DNA of 32,806 bases, taken from the NCBI GenBank assembly GCA_021162505.1, contig JAGGYO010000124.1, positions 1-32,806 of the forward strand, read 5' to 3'. Shown here piece after piece: positions 16,163 through 25,656 of the stretch (its first letter is position 1; each line of letters begins with the position of its first letter). Both the position numbers and the translations under genes were made by a program. This DNA comes from a bacterium (GTDB lineage: Bacteria; AUK180). The notes beneath the pieces are model-generated. The model saw only the letters and a list, made by a program, of their open reading frames with translations. It did no database searches and was not told the DNA's origin.

Positions 16163-17395
16163 TCATCTATTTAAAAAATAATTCGCTATCAAAGAGAATA
16201 TTGTTAAAAATATCCCGGGAAGCACCATTTTGCCGTACATTTTCATGAGATTTGTATTGAAATATTCCTTTGTGACCAAAAGACAAAGATGCATTGGAGA
16301 AAAAAGTAATCCTATATAACCGCCTAAAAAAAATATCGTAAAATAATAAAAATTGATCTCTCCTGTTTGGGTTAAAAATATAAATGAAATAATTGGAAAG
16401 CCCAAGGAAATAGTACCGATTGTTAAACCGAAAAGCAAACCGAAGAACATAGGAACAAGAAACAGTATTATTTCTAAGGGTACCTGTCCGGCTTCCACGA
16501 TATTCAAAACTCCGTCTTTTATAGTGGAATACTCTACAAAAAATTTGAAGATATAGATAATTGGGATTAAAAGGATCAACTTGAGATTAAAACCCTTCTT
16601 TGCATAAAGCAAAAGACTTTTGACCGAGATTCTTTTCTGTAATGTAAATAGAATACTTAAGAAAAGAATAAGGAGAATTAAATAGAAAAGACCCTTGGGA
16701 AGGAGAACAACCCCTATGACTAAAAAAACAATAGGCCATAGAGTGACCAGTAAAGAAACTATATTGGCTTTTTTAATGACCCTATTGACGATCTGTATTT
16801 TTTTCGAATTGAATATCAATAAAAAAACAAATCCCCCTAAAAAAGCGAACACCATTAGAAAATACTGATGAGAAACAATATTCATGACCGAGGTATTCAA
16901 AAACTCTTTTGAAGAAAGAATTATTATTCCCGGATATAGTATCCATACGGATTCCCAAATATGTCTGAACCAAAAATTTATTACGGCTTCTGTTTCCGGA
17001 GGAAGTCCCGAACCCTTTGTCATCTTCTTTAACATAGGAGCAGATACTAAAGCTCCTCCGGGCATTGGGAATAAACCGATCAAAGCGGGAAAAAAGGGAA
17101 ATAAAAAAACAGGATTCCTAACACTTTTCAACAACATATCGGATGCTGATTTTATAATTCCTTCTCCGTCTATCATAGCTGTGAATGCCACGGTGATCCA
17201 AATAAGGAACATTAATTGGTATGTGGACAATGAGGTTAAACCCATAAAAAGACCCTTGGAAAAAAGAGAAAACCTTAAGAAAAAAAGACCGAATAAAAGC
17301 GTAATTCCCCCCAAGGTAATGATCAACGGATACTTCTTTAAAGAAAAAAAGATAAAGAGTGATATTAAAAAGATAATTTTAATTGCTAATAGCAT
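16163..17395 (-). CDS. DUF401-family integral membrane protein
   Basis: IGLFPMPGGALVSAP, NFWFRHIWE, SPMHLCL; multi-TM. Confidence 0.8.
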   Translation of the reverse strand: MLLAIKIIFLISLFIFFSLKKYPLIITLGGITLLFGLFFLRFSLFSKGLFMGLTSLSTYQLMFLIWITVAFTAMIDGEGIIKSASDMLLKSVRNPVFLFPFFPALIGLFPMPGGALVSAPMLKKMTKGSGLPPETEAVINFWFRHIWESVWILYPGIIILSSKEFLNTSVMNIVSHQYFLMVFAFLGGFVFLLIFNSKKIQIVNRVIKKANIVSLLVTLWPIVFLVIGVVLLPKGLFYLILLILFLSILFTLQKRISVKSLLLYAKKGFNLKLILLIPIIYIFKFFVEYSTIKDGVLNIVEAGQVPLEIILFLVPMFFGLLFGLTIGTISLGFPIISFIFLTQTGEINFYYFTIFFLGGYIGLLFSPMHLCLLVTKEYFNTNLMKMYGKMVLPGIFLTIFSLIANYFLNR

Positions 17396-17897
17396 TTTCT
17401 ATATCTTGAATAATTTTTTTAAGTTCTTTTCTTTCCAAGGAAAAACCCTTTTGCGAGAAAAGGTTATTTGCTTTATGGGCATGAAAAATTATCTTTTCTA
17501 TGATCTCTCTATTATTATTTTCCGTTAAATATAACGATTTTGCAAAATAATAATGTGATATTCCGGAGTATTTGAATTTTTTTACAAAAACAGCAGATAC
17601 GATGGCTGCTCTATTATAAAAAACCTTTCTTTTTTCAGGGTTGATAAGCGCTAATTGGTATAATGAATTGATATAAACAATATATGCATCTTTTGCTTTG
17701 ATCCCATTATTGATCTTTTCATTTAAGGATCCAAGTATATTTTCATAAGCAGCAGTTCTTTTTATTTTATTTCTCAGACCCAAGCTCTTTTCATAGTCCT
17801 TCTTCGCGCGAGCAATGGAAGGGTAGAGTATTGCACATGAGGATAATAAAAAAATGGTTAATAAGGAAAACACCAATATTTTTATATTTCGTCCCAT
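17379..17897 (-). CDS. putative alpha-helical (TPR-like) lipoprotein
   Basis: Signal peptide with lipobox LSS-C; overlaps both neighbouring genes. Confidence 0.6.
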   Translation of the reverse strand: MGRNIKILVFSLLTIFLLSSCAILYPSIARAKKDYEKSLGLRNKIKRTAAYENILGSLNEKINNGIKAKDAYIVYINSLYQLALINPEKRKVFYNRAAIVSAVFVKKFKYSGISHYYFAKSLYLTENNNREIIEKIIFHAHKANNLFSQKGFSLERKELKKIIQDIENAISN

Positions 17898-18364
17898 ATT
17901 TTTTTTATCGTCTCTTCGTTTCCCTTAAGAGAGTTGATTTGTGTAAATAGCTTTTTTATATTAAATGTGGAATAGGACTTATATTTTTTAATATATTTTT
18001 TTAATCTTAATGAGATAAGTCCGAAATCGTTTATATTTTCAATGGCTTTATTCAAGATATAATCTTTTGGCAGTACTTTTAAATTTTTTAATGCCCTTAG
18101 ATCCCCGGAATAATTCAGTAAAATATAGGCGTTTTTCAATTTATCAATATTTTTATAGGGATTAATGAGATCTTTTTGAAATGCTTTTTTCAAAACTTCA
18201 TCATTTTTAAAAAAATAAATGATCTGTCTAATTCCCGGAACCGGAATATAGGGAAGATAGATACGCTCTACTTTCATTAAATGTAAAAAAACATTTTTTA
18301 CACCAGGGGTAATATCAATAATTAATTCCCAAAACCGAGGATTCAAAAGTATTTTTGAATACAC
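17882..18364 (-). CDS. hypothetical protein
   Basis: GTG start abuts the upstream stop, GAGG RBS, fills the operon gap. Confidence 0.6.
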   Translation of the reverse strand: MYSKILLNPRFWELIIDITPGVKNVFLHLMKVERIYLPYIPVPGIRQIIYFFKNDEVLKKAFQKDLINPYKNIDKLKNAYILLNYSGDLRALKNLKVLPKDYILNKAIENINDFGLISLRLKKYIKKYKSYSTFNIKKLFTQINSLKGNEETIKKIWDEI

Positions 18365-19474
18365 CTATAATAGTCCTCTTTTTTTTAATTCATTGAATGC
18401 TTTATTAAAATTATCCGAAACATGTTGGGTGGAAAGCCACATAAGATAATGTTTTATACCATCCTTTAATGGTACCTGTGCTTTAAAACCAAGAAGTTTT
18501 TTTGCTTTTATTATATCCGCAAAACAGTGTCTTATATCTCCCGGTCTGTATTTATTGACAATGTCAAGATGTGATTCAGGTAAAAGGTGATCTCTCATTA
18601 TTTTTGCTATCATTTTTATTGAAGTTCCTTTTCCGGTACCAAGGTTAATGGATTCAAAATTAGCTTTATCGCTATTCATAGAAAGATAGATACCGTTAAC
18701 AATATCGCTCACATGAATGAAATCTCTTGATTGATTACCATCCTCAAAAATAACGGGTGATTTACCGTTTAATAATCTTGTAGCAAATATGGCGAGTACT
18801 CCGGTATAAGGATTGGACAGCGCCTGTCTTTCTCCGTAAACATTAAAAAATCTAAGGGCAACGGTTGGAACACCGTATGCTAAACCATAGGTATGGAACA
18901 TTTCTTCCTGATCTTTTTTTGTTATTGCATAAAAAGAAGTTGGGTATAAGGGTTTGTTCTCTGTGGTTGTAATGTGTGTAATATGGTCCCCGCAAACGGG
19001 GCATTTCATTTCCCATTTCTTATTATCCAATTGTTCTTCGCTTCTAATCTTAGGGAATACCGTGCCGTGTTTTTTACAAAAATATTCACCTTCGCCGTAA
19101 ATAGACATGGAAGACGCTACTATCATTTTTTTTATATGATTTTCATGTTTGACCAAATAATCAAGCAAAATAGATGTATTATATGTATTTCCTTTAAAAT
19201 ATCTTTTAATGTCATACATAGATTGACCTACCCCAACAAGAGCGGCAAGATGCACTAAAATATCTGTTTCATTAGCAATCTTCTTTAAATTTTCTTTCTT
19301 TTCGTAGGGTTCAAAAAGATATTTTGCTTTTTTATTCAAATAATCCGGTTTTTTACCATGATGAACCTGTTTTTCCAAAGAGTCAATAACCAAGACATCA
19401 TGTCCTTTTGCTATAAGGAGATCAACCAAATGACTTCCGATAAAACCTGCACCGCCCGTAACTGTAATTTTCAT
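18365..19474 (-). CDS. NAD-dependent sugar epimerase/dehydratase (extended SDR, WbiB-like with Cys/His insert)
   Basis: TGGAGFIG, YAITK, RFFNVYG, insert C-KKH...CPVC. Confidence 0.88.
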   Translation of the reverse strand: MKITVTGGAGFIGSHLVDLLIAKGHDVLVIDSLEKQVHHGKKPDYLNKKAKYLFEPYEKKENLKKIANETDILVHLAALVGVGQSMYDIKRYFKGNTYNTSILLDYLVKHENHIKKMIVASSMSIYGEGEYFCKKHGTVFPKIRSEEQLDNKKWEMKCPVCGDHITHITTTENKPLYPTSFYAITKKDQEEMFHTYGLAYGVPTVALRFFNVYGERQALSNPYTGVLAIFATRLLNGKSPVIFEDGNQSRDFIHVSDIVNGIYLSMNSDKANFESINLGTGKGTSIKMIAKIMRDHLLPESHLDIVNKYRPGDIRHCFADIIKAKKLLGFKAQVPLKDGIKHYLMWLSTQHVSDNFNKAFNELKKRGLL

Positions 19475-19475
19475 A

Positions 19476-20444
19476 TCATTCTCCGTTTTTCAGGTATATA
19501 AGAATATCATCAATGATCTTCTTAAGATCAAATTTTGGAGACCATCCGATAAAACTATTTATCTTTTCTATATTTGGTACCCGTCTTTTCATATCTTCAA
19601 AATTTTGCCCCATAACATTTTCATAGGGAATATTGATGATCTTTGAACTTGAATTAGTTATTTTAATGATCTTTTTGGCAAGGTCATTAATTGAAACTTC
19701 TTGTGGATTACCTATATTGAAGATCTGCCCTTCACATTTCTTATTGCCCATGACTTCAATAAGGGCTATTATCACATCATCTATATGGGTAAAACATCGG
19801 GTTTGTTTCCCGTCACCATAAACGGTAATGGTTTTATTTAAAAGTGCTTGCTTAATAAAGCGTGGAACCACCATTCCATAATCACCTACCTGTCCGGGAC
19901 CCGTAGTATTGAATAATCGTACAATTACAAGGGGTAATTTTTTAACATTAAAATAAGCAAGCCCCAAGAACTCATCCAATGCTTTTGTATTGGAATAACT
20001 CCACCTATTAATGGTTGTGGTGCCTAAGACCCTGTCGTCTTCTTCACTTAAAGAATCCTTTTCATTTTTTCCGTATATCTCTGATGTTGAGGTTATTAAG
20101 ACCTTTTTTTTATATTTATTTGCCAATTGAAGAACATTTTCCGTACCCTTTACATTTATTTCAATGGACTTCAATGGGTTATTTATAACATACTCAACTC
20201 CCACAGCAGCAGCAAGATGAAATATGGCATCTATTTGGGGAATTATTTTGTCTAATATTTCAAAATTCATAACGGAATCAAGATAAAATTTAAAATTTTT
20301 ATCCGCCTCGAAATCTTTAATATTTTCTAAAAATCCTGTTGAAAGATCATCAATAACTATGACCTTGTGTCCTTTATTCAAAAGAGATCTTGAAAGGTTT
20401 GAACCAATAAACCCAGCACCGCCTGTTATTAAATATTTACTCAT
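19476..20444 (-). CDS. NAD-dependent sugar epimerase/dehydratase (extended SDR)
   Basis: TGGAGFIG, TSTSEIYG, YSNTK, RLFNTTGP. Start 20444 chosen from the TAATG overlap and GAAGGA RBS. Confidence 0.88.
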   Translation of the reverse strand: MSKYLITGGAGFIGSNLSRSLLNKGHKVIVIDDLSTGFLENIKDFEADKNFKFYLDSVMNFEILDKIIPQIDAIFHLAAAVGVEYVINNPLKSIEINVKGTENVLQLANKYKKKVLITSTSEIYGKNEKDSLSEEDDRVLGTTTINRWSYSNTKALDEFLGLAYFNVKKLPLVIVRLFNTTGPGQVGDYGMVVPRFIKQALLNKTITVYGDGKQTRCFTHIDDVIIALIEVMGNKKCEGQIFNIGNPQEVSINDLAKKIIKITNSSSKIINIPYENVMGQNFEDMKRRVPNIEKINSFIGWSPKFDLKKIIDDILIYLKNGE

Positions 20445-21451
20445 TATAATTCCTTCACCCATTCATAAAGGGCATCAATTCCAGCATTGGCATTGTATTG
20501 GGGACTCCAATCAAAGACCTTTTTTGCCTTGGCGATATTTGAAATATAAACCTTCTGATCGCCGGGTCGCCATTCCTCAAAAGAATACTCTATTTTATGT
20601 CCTAATTTTTTCTCAATAATATCGATAAATTCCAATAGCGAAAGGGTATTGTTTTTCCCGCCGCCGGCATTAAATACCTGACCTTTTACGGTTTCAATAT
20701 TATTAATGGCTTTTTCATATAGTAGAACAAGATCTTTAACATAGAGCACATCCCTAACTTGTAATCCGTCACCATAGATGTTCAGGGCTTGTCCGTTATT
20801 GGTAGCAATAAGAAAATGTGCTACCCATCCCTGGTCCTCATTACCGAATTGATGATCTCCATAAATACAGGACTGTCTAAATACCACCGTTTTAAAACCA
20901 TATATTCTGGCATAATCTATGAAATATTGATCTCCGGTACCCTTTGAACATCCGTATGGAGAATGAAAATCAAGAGGGAAGTTCTCAGAAATACCCTCAG
21001 GGAAATCTTTATAGCCATAATGTTTATTATCCTTTTTAATGACCTTCACTTTTTCCATTCCGCCATAAACCTTATTTGTAGATGAATAGAGCATTACAGG
21101 CTTTTGTCCTGTTATTCTTGCTCCTTCAAGAACATTGAATGCACCCAAGGCATTGATATTAAAATCTGTCCTGGGATCTTCAACCGATGTAGTAACCGCC
21201 ACTTGTGCGGCAAGGTGAAAGACCACATCAAATTTATGATCTTCAAAAACCTTTTTTACTTCGCCCCAAATACTTACATCTCCCTTTATAAAGGTTACAT
21301 TCTTAAAATTCTTTTGAATAAATTCCAAATTCTTTTCAGTGTTTTTTCTTGAAAGATTATCAAATATAATTATTTCATCATATTTTAAAGCGAAATGTTT
21401 TACGACATTAGTGCCTATAAATCCCGCACCACCTGTAACCAATGCTTTCAT
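20444..21451 (-). CDS. CDP-paratose 2-epimerase (RfbE)-like SDR
   Basis: HLAAQVAVTTS, YSSTNKVYG, HSPYGCSKG, FRQSCIYG, DQGWV, RPGDQ. Confidence 0.82.
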   Translation of the reverse strand: MKALVTGGAGFIGTNVVKHFALKYDEIIIFDNLSRKNTEKNLEFIQKNFKNVTFIKGDVSIWGEVKKVFEDHKFDVVFHLAAQVAVTTSVEDPRTDFNINALGAFNVLEGARITGQKPVMLYSSTNKVYGGMEKVKVIKKDNKHYGYKDFPEGISENFPLDFHSPYGCSKGTGDQYFIDYARIYGFKTVVFRQSCIYGDHQFGNEDQGWVAHFLIATNNGQALNIYGDGLQVRDVLYVKDLVLLYEKAINNIETVKGQVFNAGGGKNNTLSLLEFIDIIEKKLGHKIEYSFEEWRPGDQKVYISNIAKAKKVFDWSPQYNANAGIDALYEWVKEL

Positions 21452-21526
21452 TAATAACTCCTATTCTCAAAAGTAAATTGTACCTTTTTTTATGTTTTTT
21501 TTCAAATTTTTGGTATCATATGATTT

Positions 21527-22411
21527 ATGAATGAGAATGATTTCATTGATCAATTAAATAGTTATGCCCATGCATTGGAAAAAGTGAAAATATCCGGGAA
21601 CAAAATACTTCACGGCTTATTTTCCGGGATCCACAAAAGTTCTTATTTGGGTTTTGGAGCAGATTTTGAAGACAATAGAGAGTATAATTACGGCGATAAT
21701 TTAAAGCTCATCAATTGGCCGTTATGGGGTCGAACAGAAAAACTCTTTGTTAAAAGATTCAAGGAAGAGACCAATACGGACATATATATTATTCTTGATG
21801 ATTCCCTATCTATGCTTTATCCACAAGGATCTCTTTCAAAATTTCACATGGCTAAATACCTGGCGGCATTATTGGGAATAGTATTTTTTAATCAACTGGA
21901 TCGTGTTGGTTTTTACCCTCTTTCAGGCGATCCGGCACTATTAACCCCAGCAAGAGGCGAAGAAGCTAAATATCATTTCATTAATAAAGTTGCCAAAATG
22001 AAAATAGGGAGCAAAGGCAGATTTCTAAGTGCTATGGAATATTTTACTGCAAATGTACACAGAAGAGGAATAATAATTTTACTTTCGGATCTTATATATC
22101 CAATAGAGGAATTGAATATGGGTTTGAACCATCTTAAATTTGAAGATCATCTGATCATTTCAATAAAAATAGAGCATTCCTTTGAGATTGACCCCGTTTT
22201 TTCAAAGGGATCCTACTTTGATCCTGAAAATTCTGTTAAAAAAGTGAGTGTATCCACACAAGAAAAAAAAGATTATTTGAAAAATTTTGAAAAACGGAAT
22301 AAGGAAATTAGAGAGATCTTTTTGGAAAAAGAGATCATTTATCATCCCATAGATACAAACACCGATATACTAAAATTTCTCACAGATCTGCAAACAAGGA
22401 GTGCTTTATGA
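21527..22411 (+). CDS. DUF58-family protein
   Basis: G.H.S...G.G.DFEDNREY..GD.LKLINW; LDDSLSM; LLSD. Confidence 0.88.
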   Translation: MNENDFIDQLNSYAHALEKVKISGNKILHGLFSGIHKSSYLGFGADFEDNREYNYGDNLKLINWPLWGRTEKLFVKRFKEETNTDIYIILDDSLSMLYPQGSLSKFHMAKYLAALLGIVFFNQLDRVGFYPLSGDPALLTPARGEEAKYHFINKVAKMKIGSKGRFLSAMEYFTANVHRRGIIILLSDLIYPIEELNMGLNHLKFEDHLIISIKIEHSFEIDPVFSKGSYFDPENSVKKVSVSTQEKKDYLKNFEKRNKEIREIFLEKEIIYHPIDTNTDILKFLTDLQTRSAL

Positions 22412-23778
22412 GTTTTTTAAATCCCCTCCTTCTATATTTTTTACCCGCGATCATTATTCCGCTTATTTTAAATCTATTCCCCGGATTGTCTGCAAAGAAA
22501 ATTCCCTTTCCTCTTTATTTTCTTATAAATAAAACGAAAAGCGGTCATGGAATAAACTTGCGTTCCATATTAAAAACTATAATAAGAATGCTCATCATCG
22601 GAACGCTCATCCTTATTTTCGCACATCCTTATATAAAAACGGGTCAAAGGGATGATATGATTATTTTTGACAATTCCATATACACAAGGATATTGAAGAA
22701 TAATGTTCCGATATTTAACGAAGGAAAGAAATTATTGAAACAGATGAGATCAAAAAACATCTATACCTTTAATGAAAAAGGCTTATATCCGGTAAAAAAA
22801 ATTGATGATATTCAAATAATGAAAAACGCAATAGATCTTGATCTTATTAGAAGACCGTCTCAATACAACAATGTGATATTGATTTCTCCTTTTACTCAGA
22901 AATTTGATATAGATGGCAATATGTACGATCTTTTTCCTGAAAATTTTTATAATGTAGGAATAATATTCAAATCTTATTCTATTATTGAGCATAGTATAAA
23001 TATCTGTGTTTATTCTCAAAATAAAGATGCGAATATTCAAATCCTTGCAAAAAATAATACACAGGATATAAATATTTTTTCCGGAGAAATAAAAAAAGAT
23101 CAGCCGGTCAATTTAATATTGAAGATACCCCTGGACGGACAAGTAAAAATATTAGTAAATGTATTAAATTTCAAGGATTCTTTTTTCCCGGATAATTCAA
23201 CCTCTGTTTATTTTCCCCAAAAATTGGTGATCAATTTAAGGTATAAGAATAAATTTTTAGAAAAGTTCATTGCTGTTCTTTCCAATAAAATCCCTGTGGA
23301 ATATTCAAAAAAGGGTCTTTTGATCTCCAAGGGGAATGAAATGGGTTCCGGTATCTTCTTTCACGGAACAACTTCCCTTATTAAGACAAAGATTTTCTAT
23401 GAAAATGAAGGGGATTACATAATTCCCATAAATATCCGCTCCATTCAAAAAAAGGAAGGAACGGTTTTAATATCTTCATATAAAAACGAAGCAGTAGCAA
23501 TAATGCAAAAAAAACGACTTGATCTGGCATTTGATCTGGAGAGTAATTCCAAAATCCTTAAAGAACCGGAATTTATAAATATGTTCACCAAGACATTTGA
23601 TGATTTTTTGGTACATTATTACTGCAATAGCCACCCAAAGGAGAATCTGGGTCCGGTCAAACATTATGCGCCCACAAGCAATAGTTATACTGAGAACAAA
23701 AAAGAGAAACCAAAAGATTATCAGAAGGGATTGATCCTTCTTTTTTCCATTTTAATGGTATTTGAATTATTGATCTAA
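22408..23778 (+). CDS. BatA N-terminal domain membrane protein
   Basis: MSFLNPLLL...IIPLIL, RMLII...LIFAHP, IFDNS, C-terminal TM; ATGA overlap with DUF58. Confidence 0.7.
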   Translation: MSFLNPLLLYFLPAIIIPLILNLFPGLSAKKIPFPLYFLINKTKSGHGINLRSILKTIIRMLIIGTLILIFAHPYIKTGQRDDMIIFDNSIYTRILKNNVPIFNEGKKLLKQMRSKNIYTFNEKGLYPVKKIDDIQIMKNAIDLDLIRRPSQYNNVILISPFTQKFDIDGNMYDLFPENFYNVGIIFKSYSIIEHSINICVYSQNKDANIQILAKNNTQDINIFSGEIKKDQPVNLILKIPLDGQVKILVNVLNFKDSFFPDNSTSVYFPQKLVINLRYKNKFLEKFIAVLSNKIPVEYSKKGLLISKGNEMGSGIFFHGTTSLIKTKIFYENEGDYIIPINIRSIQKKEGTVLISSYKNEAVAIMQKKRLDLAFDLESNSKILKEPEFINMFTKTFDDFLVHYYCNSHPKENLGPVKHYAPTSNSYTENKKEKPKDYQKGLILLFSILMVFELLI

Positions 23779-23820
23779 ATTTCTGGTCAAAAGTAGAGTT
23801 AAGCGAAAATAGAATAACCA

Positions 23821-23839
23821 CAGCGCCAAAAAGGCGTTG
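23821..23839. terminator. possible hairpin between convergent genes
   Basis: CAGCGCC-AAAAA-GGCGTTG; no clear U-tract. Confidence 0.25.
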
Positions 23840-23877
23840 GATATACCACAAAGCACAGGGTTTTCTTTGTATATTGA

Positions 23878-24378
23878 TTAATTAAAAGGGCGCTGTACCG
23901 AATATGAATCTATTAAATTTAAGAAATCTTGATTTTTCAGGGGATCCTTTTTGAAATAAACCAGATGTGAAATGACCTTGCTATCACTGGCACCAAATCC
24001 CTTTATAACGTTATCACCAAGAGAAATTATACTTTCTGCCAATTCATCTTCAATTTTCATATCATGAAACAATATCTGATATTTTAAGGGAGTAAAACCC
24101 CTATTAGAGGTTATATGGTCAATATGCCATTTTATTGTTTTATTCCTTTTCAGATGTCTTAAAACTCTTTTTGATAAGCTTGTATATCCGCTTCCAATAT
24201 AAACATAATACCCATTTTTAAAATAAAAATTTCCTAATTTACCGATAATAAATTCTTTTGAATAAATATTTTTTAATAAAAACAAATATGTTCCTTTATC
24301 ATTAGGTGACTTACCAATGTGGATAAAACTTATTCCCGGAAAATCCCTTAATTTCTCTTTTAATAAATTCTTGAACAA
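23878..24378 (-). CDS. DUF123 / Uri-superfamily GIY-YIG endonuclease
   Basis: GTYLFLL, GYYVYIGSG, RVLRH, WHIDH, GFGASD...SHL. Confidence 0.82.
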   Translation of the reverse strand: MFKNLLKEKLRDFPGISFIHIGKSPNDKGTYLFLLKNIYSKEFIIGKLGNFYFKNGYYVYIGSGYTSLSKRVLRHLKRNKTIKWHIDHITSNRGFTPLKYQILFHDMKIEDELAESIISLGDNVIKGFGASDSKVISHLVYFKKDPLKNQDFLNLIDSYSVQRPFN

Positions 24379-24387
24379 ACTATCAAA

Positions 24388-25647
24388 TTACCAGGTAGCA
24401 GGGTTTGGTGGTGTCAAATGCTGAATAGATACAACAATATTGTTTCCGTTATACTGCATTTTAATGGGCTTATCACCAATAATCCAACCACTTCTGGAAA
24501 CCTTATTTCTGTTAGCAGAAACATATTTTGAAAAGTCCATATAACCGGCATAGGAATTACCTTTAAGATCCATTGAGTCAAAAGAAACAATAGTACCCAT
24601 AAAATCTTCATTACCGGAAAGCAAATTACTGTTTGGGCCGGTATATTCACCCATGACAATTACGATTCCTTTGAAATAGGGTGTTCCGGTCATTTTCAAA
24701 TTTCCTTTAATAATTATTATTGGGGGAGGAACTTCTCCCAACTCCTCATCGGAATAATCCATATCTCCATTAACATCCACCGGATCAACTCCTGGAGCAT
24801 TACCCGCCCAAGAAACATCTCCATCCATGCAATACTTACCTTCTAATTTGCCGTCATCATTTAGTCCTGAAAAACCATTAGTCAGGATTGTTTTGGAGTC
24901 CGTATAGTATTGTCCTATATCATTTGCTTCATCACAAATATCATTTGCCCAACCGGAAAGAGCATCGGTTATATTATCGCAATCATCAGCCGTTGGTGCA
25001 CAATTCGTATTTCCATTTGTTATGATTGTTCCTGTTACCGTTGGTGCACAAACATCTCCCTGAACCTCTGCTGAACCGTTTCCATCAATGGTGCCGCATG
25101 AAAAAATAGCTGAGTTGAACGGATCAATAGGGACAGCAGCGCTTACCTTTGCTACAATAGTTCGTTTAATTATTTGGGTTTGATATGCAACGGTATTTCC
25201 TCCACTAGCAATGAGGGATCTGTATTCATCAGCGTTATCATGAGGATAGTAAAATCCCGTAATTTTCACCCACATCTTGTATTCTTCGGTATTAAAATAA
25301 TTATCTGCGGTTCCGGTATTTGCATAAATTGGGTTATTTGTTGAATCAAGGATCTCTACTTTATAGTTCATGCTCTGAAAATTGAAAGCATATGGCACAG
25401 TATTTGGAAATCCATAAGTAGGGGATTTACTACCCGCTGTTCTAAAATCCCAGTCAGGATCACGCATTAAAATATTAATTACGCCATTTAATCCTTCTTC
25501 CGCGTAATTCAAAGCGATCTCCTCGCCCCTTATTCTTTTTGTATTTGATTTATAGCGTCTTACAACTCCGATAAAGATCAAGGTCATAATTTCAACAAGC
25601 GCCAAAAGAACTATTACAACTAAAAGCAAGCTTCCTTTTCTTTTCAT
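24388..25647 (-). CDS. PilX/GspK-like minor pilin with C-terminal beta-helix
   Basis: KRKG|SLLLV leader lacking Glu5; ALNYAEEGL helix; G-rich beta repeats. Confidence 0.78.
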   Translation of the reverse strand: MKRKGSLLLVVIVLLALVEIMTLIFIGVVRRYKSNTKRIRGEEIALNYAEEGLNGVINILMRDPDWDFRTAGSKSPTYGFPNTVPYAFNFQSMNYKVEILDSTNNPIYANTGTADNYFNTEEYKMWVKITGFYYPHDNADEYRSLIASGGNTVAYQTQIIKRTIVAKVSAAVPIDPFNSAIFSCGTIDGNGSAEVQGDVCAPTVTGTIITNGNTNCAPTADDCDNITDALSGWANDICDEANDIGQYYTDSKTILTNGFSGLNDDGKLEGKYCMDGDVSWAGNAPGVDPVDVNGDMDYSDEELGEVPPPIIIIKGNLKMTGTPYFKGIVIVMGEYTGPNSNLLSGNEDFMGTIVSFDSMDLKGNSYAGYMDFSKYVSANRNKVSRSGWIIGDKPIKMQYNGNNIVVSIQHLTPPNPATW

Positions 25648-25656
25648 AATCTCCTC

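Noticed and set aside
16884-17528. 214-aa plus-strand ORF, and other antisense or nested ORFs such as 575-955, 2226-2633 and 26693-27253
   Set aside because: These are shadows of well-supported genes, with no recognisable motifs.
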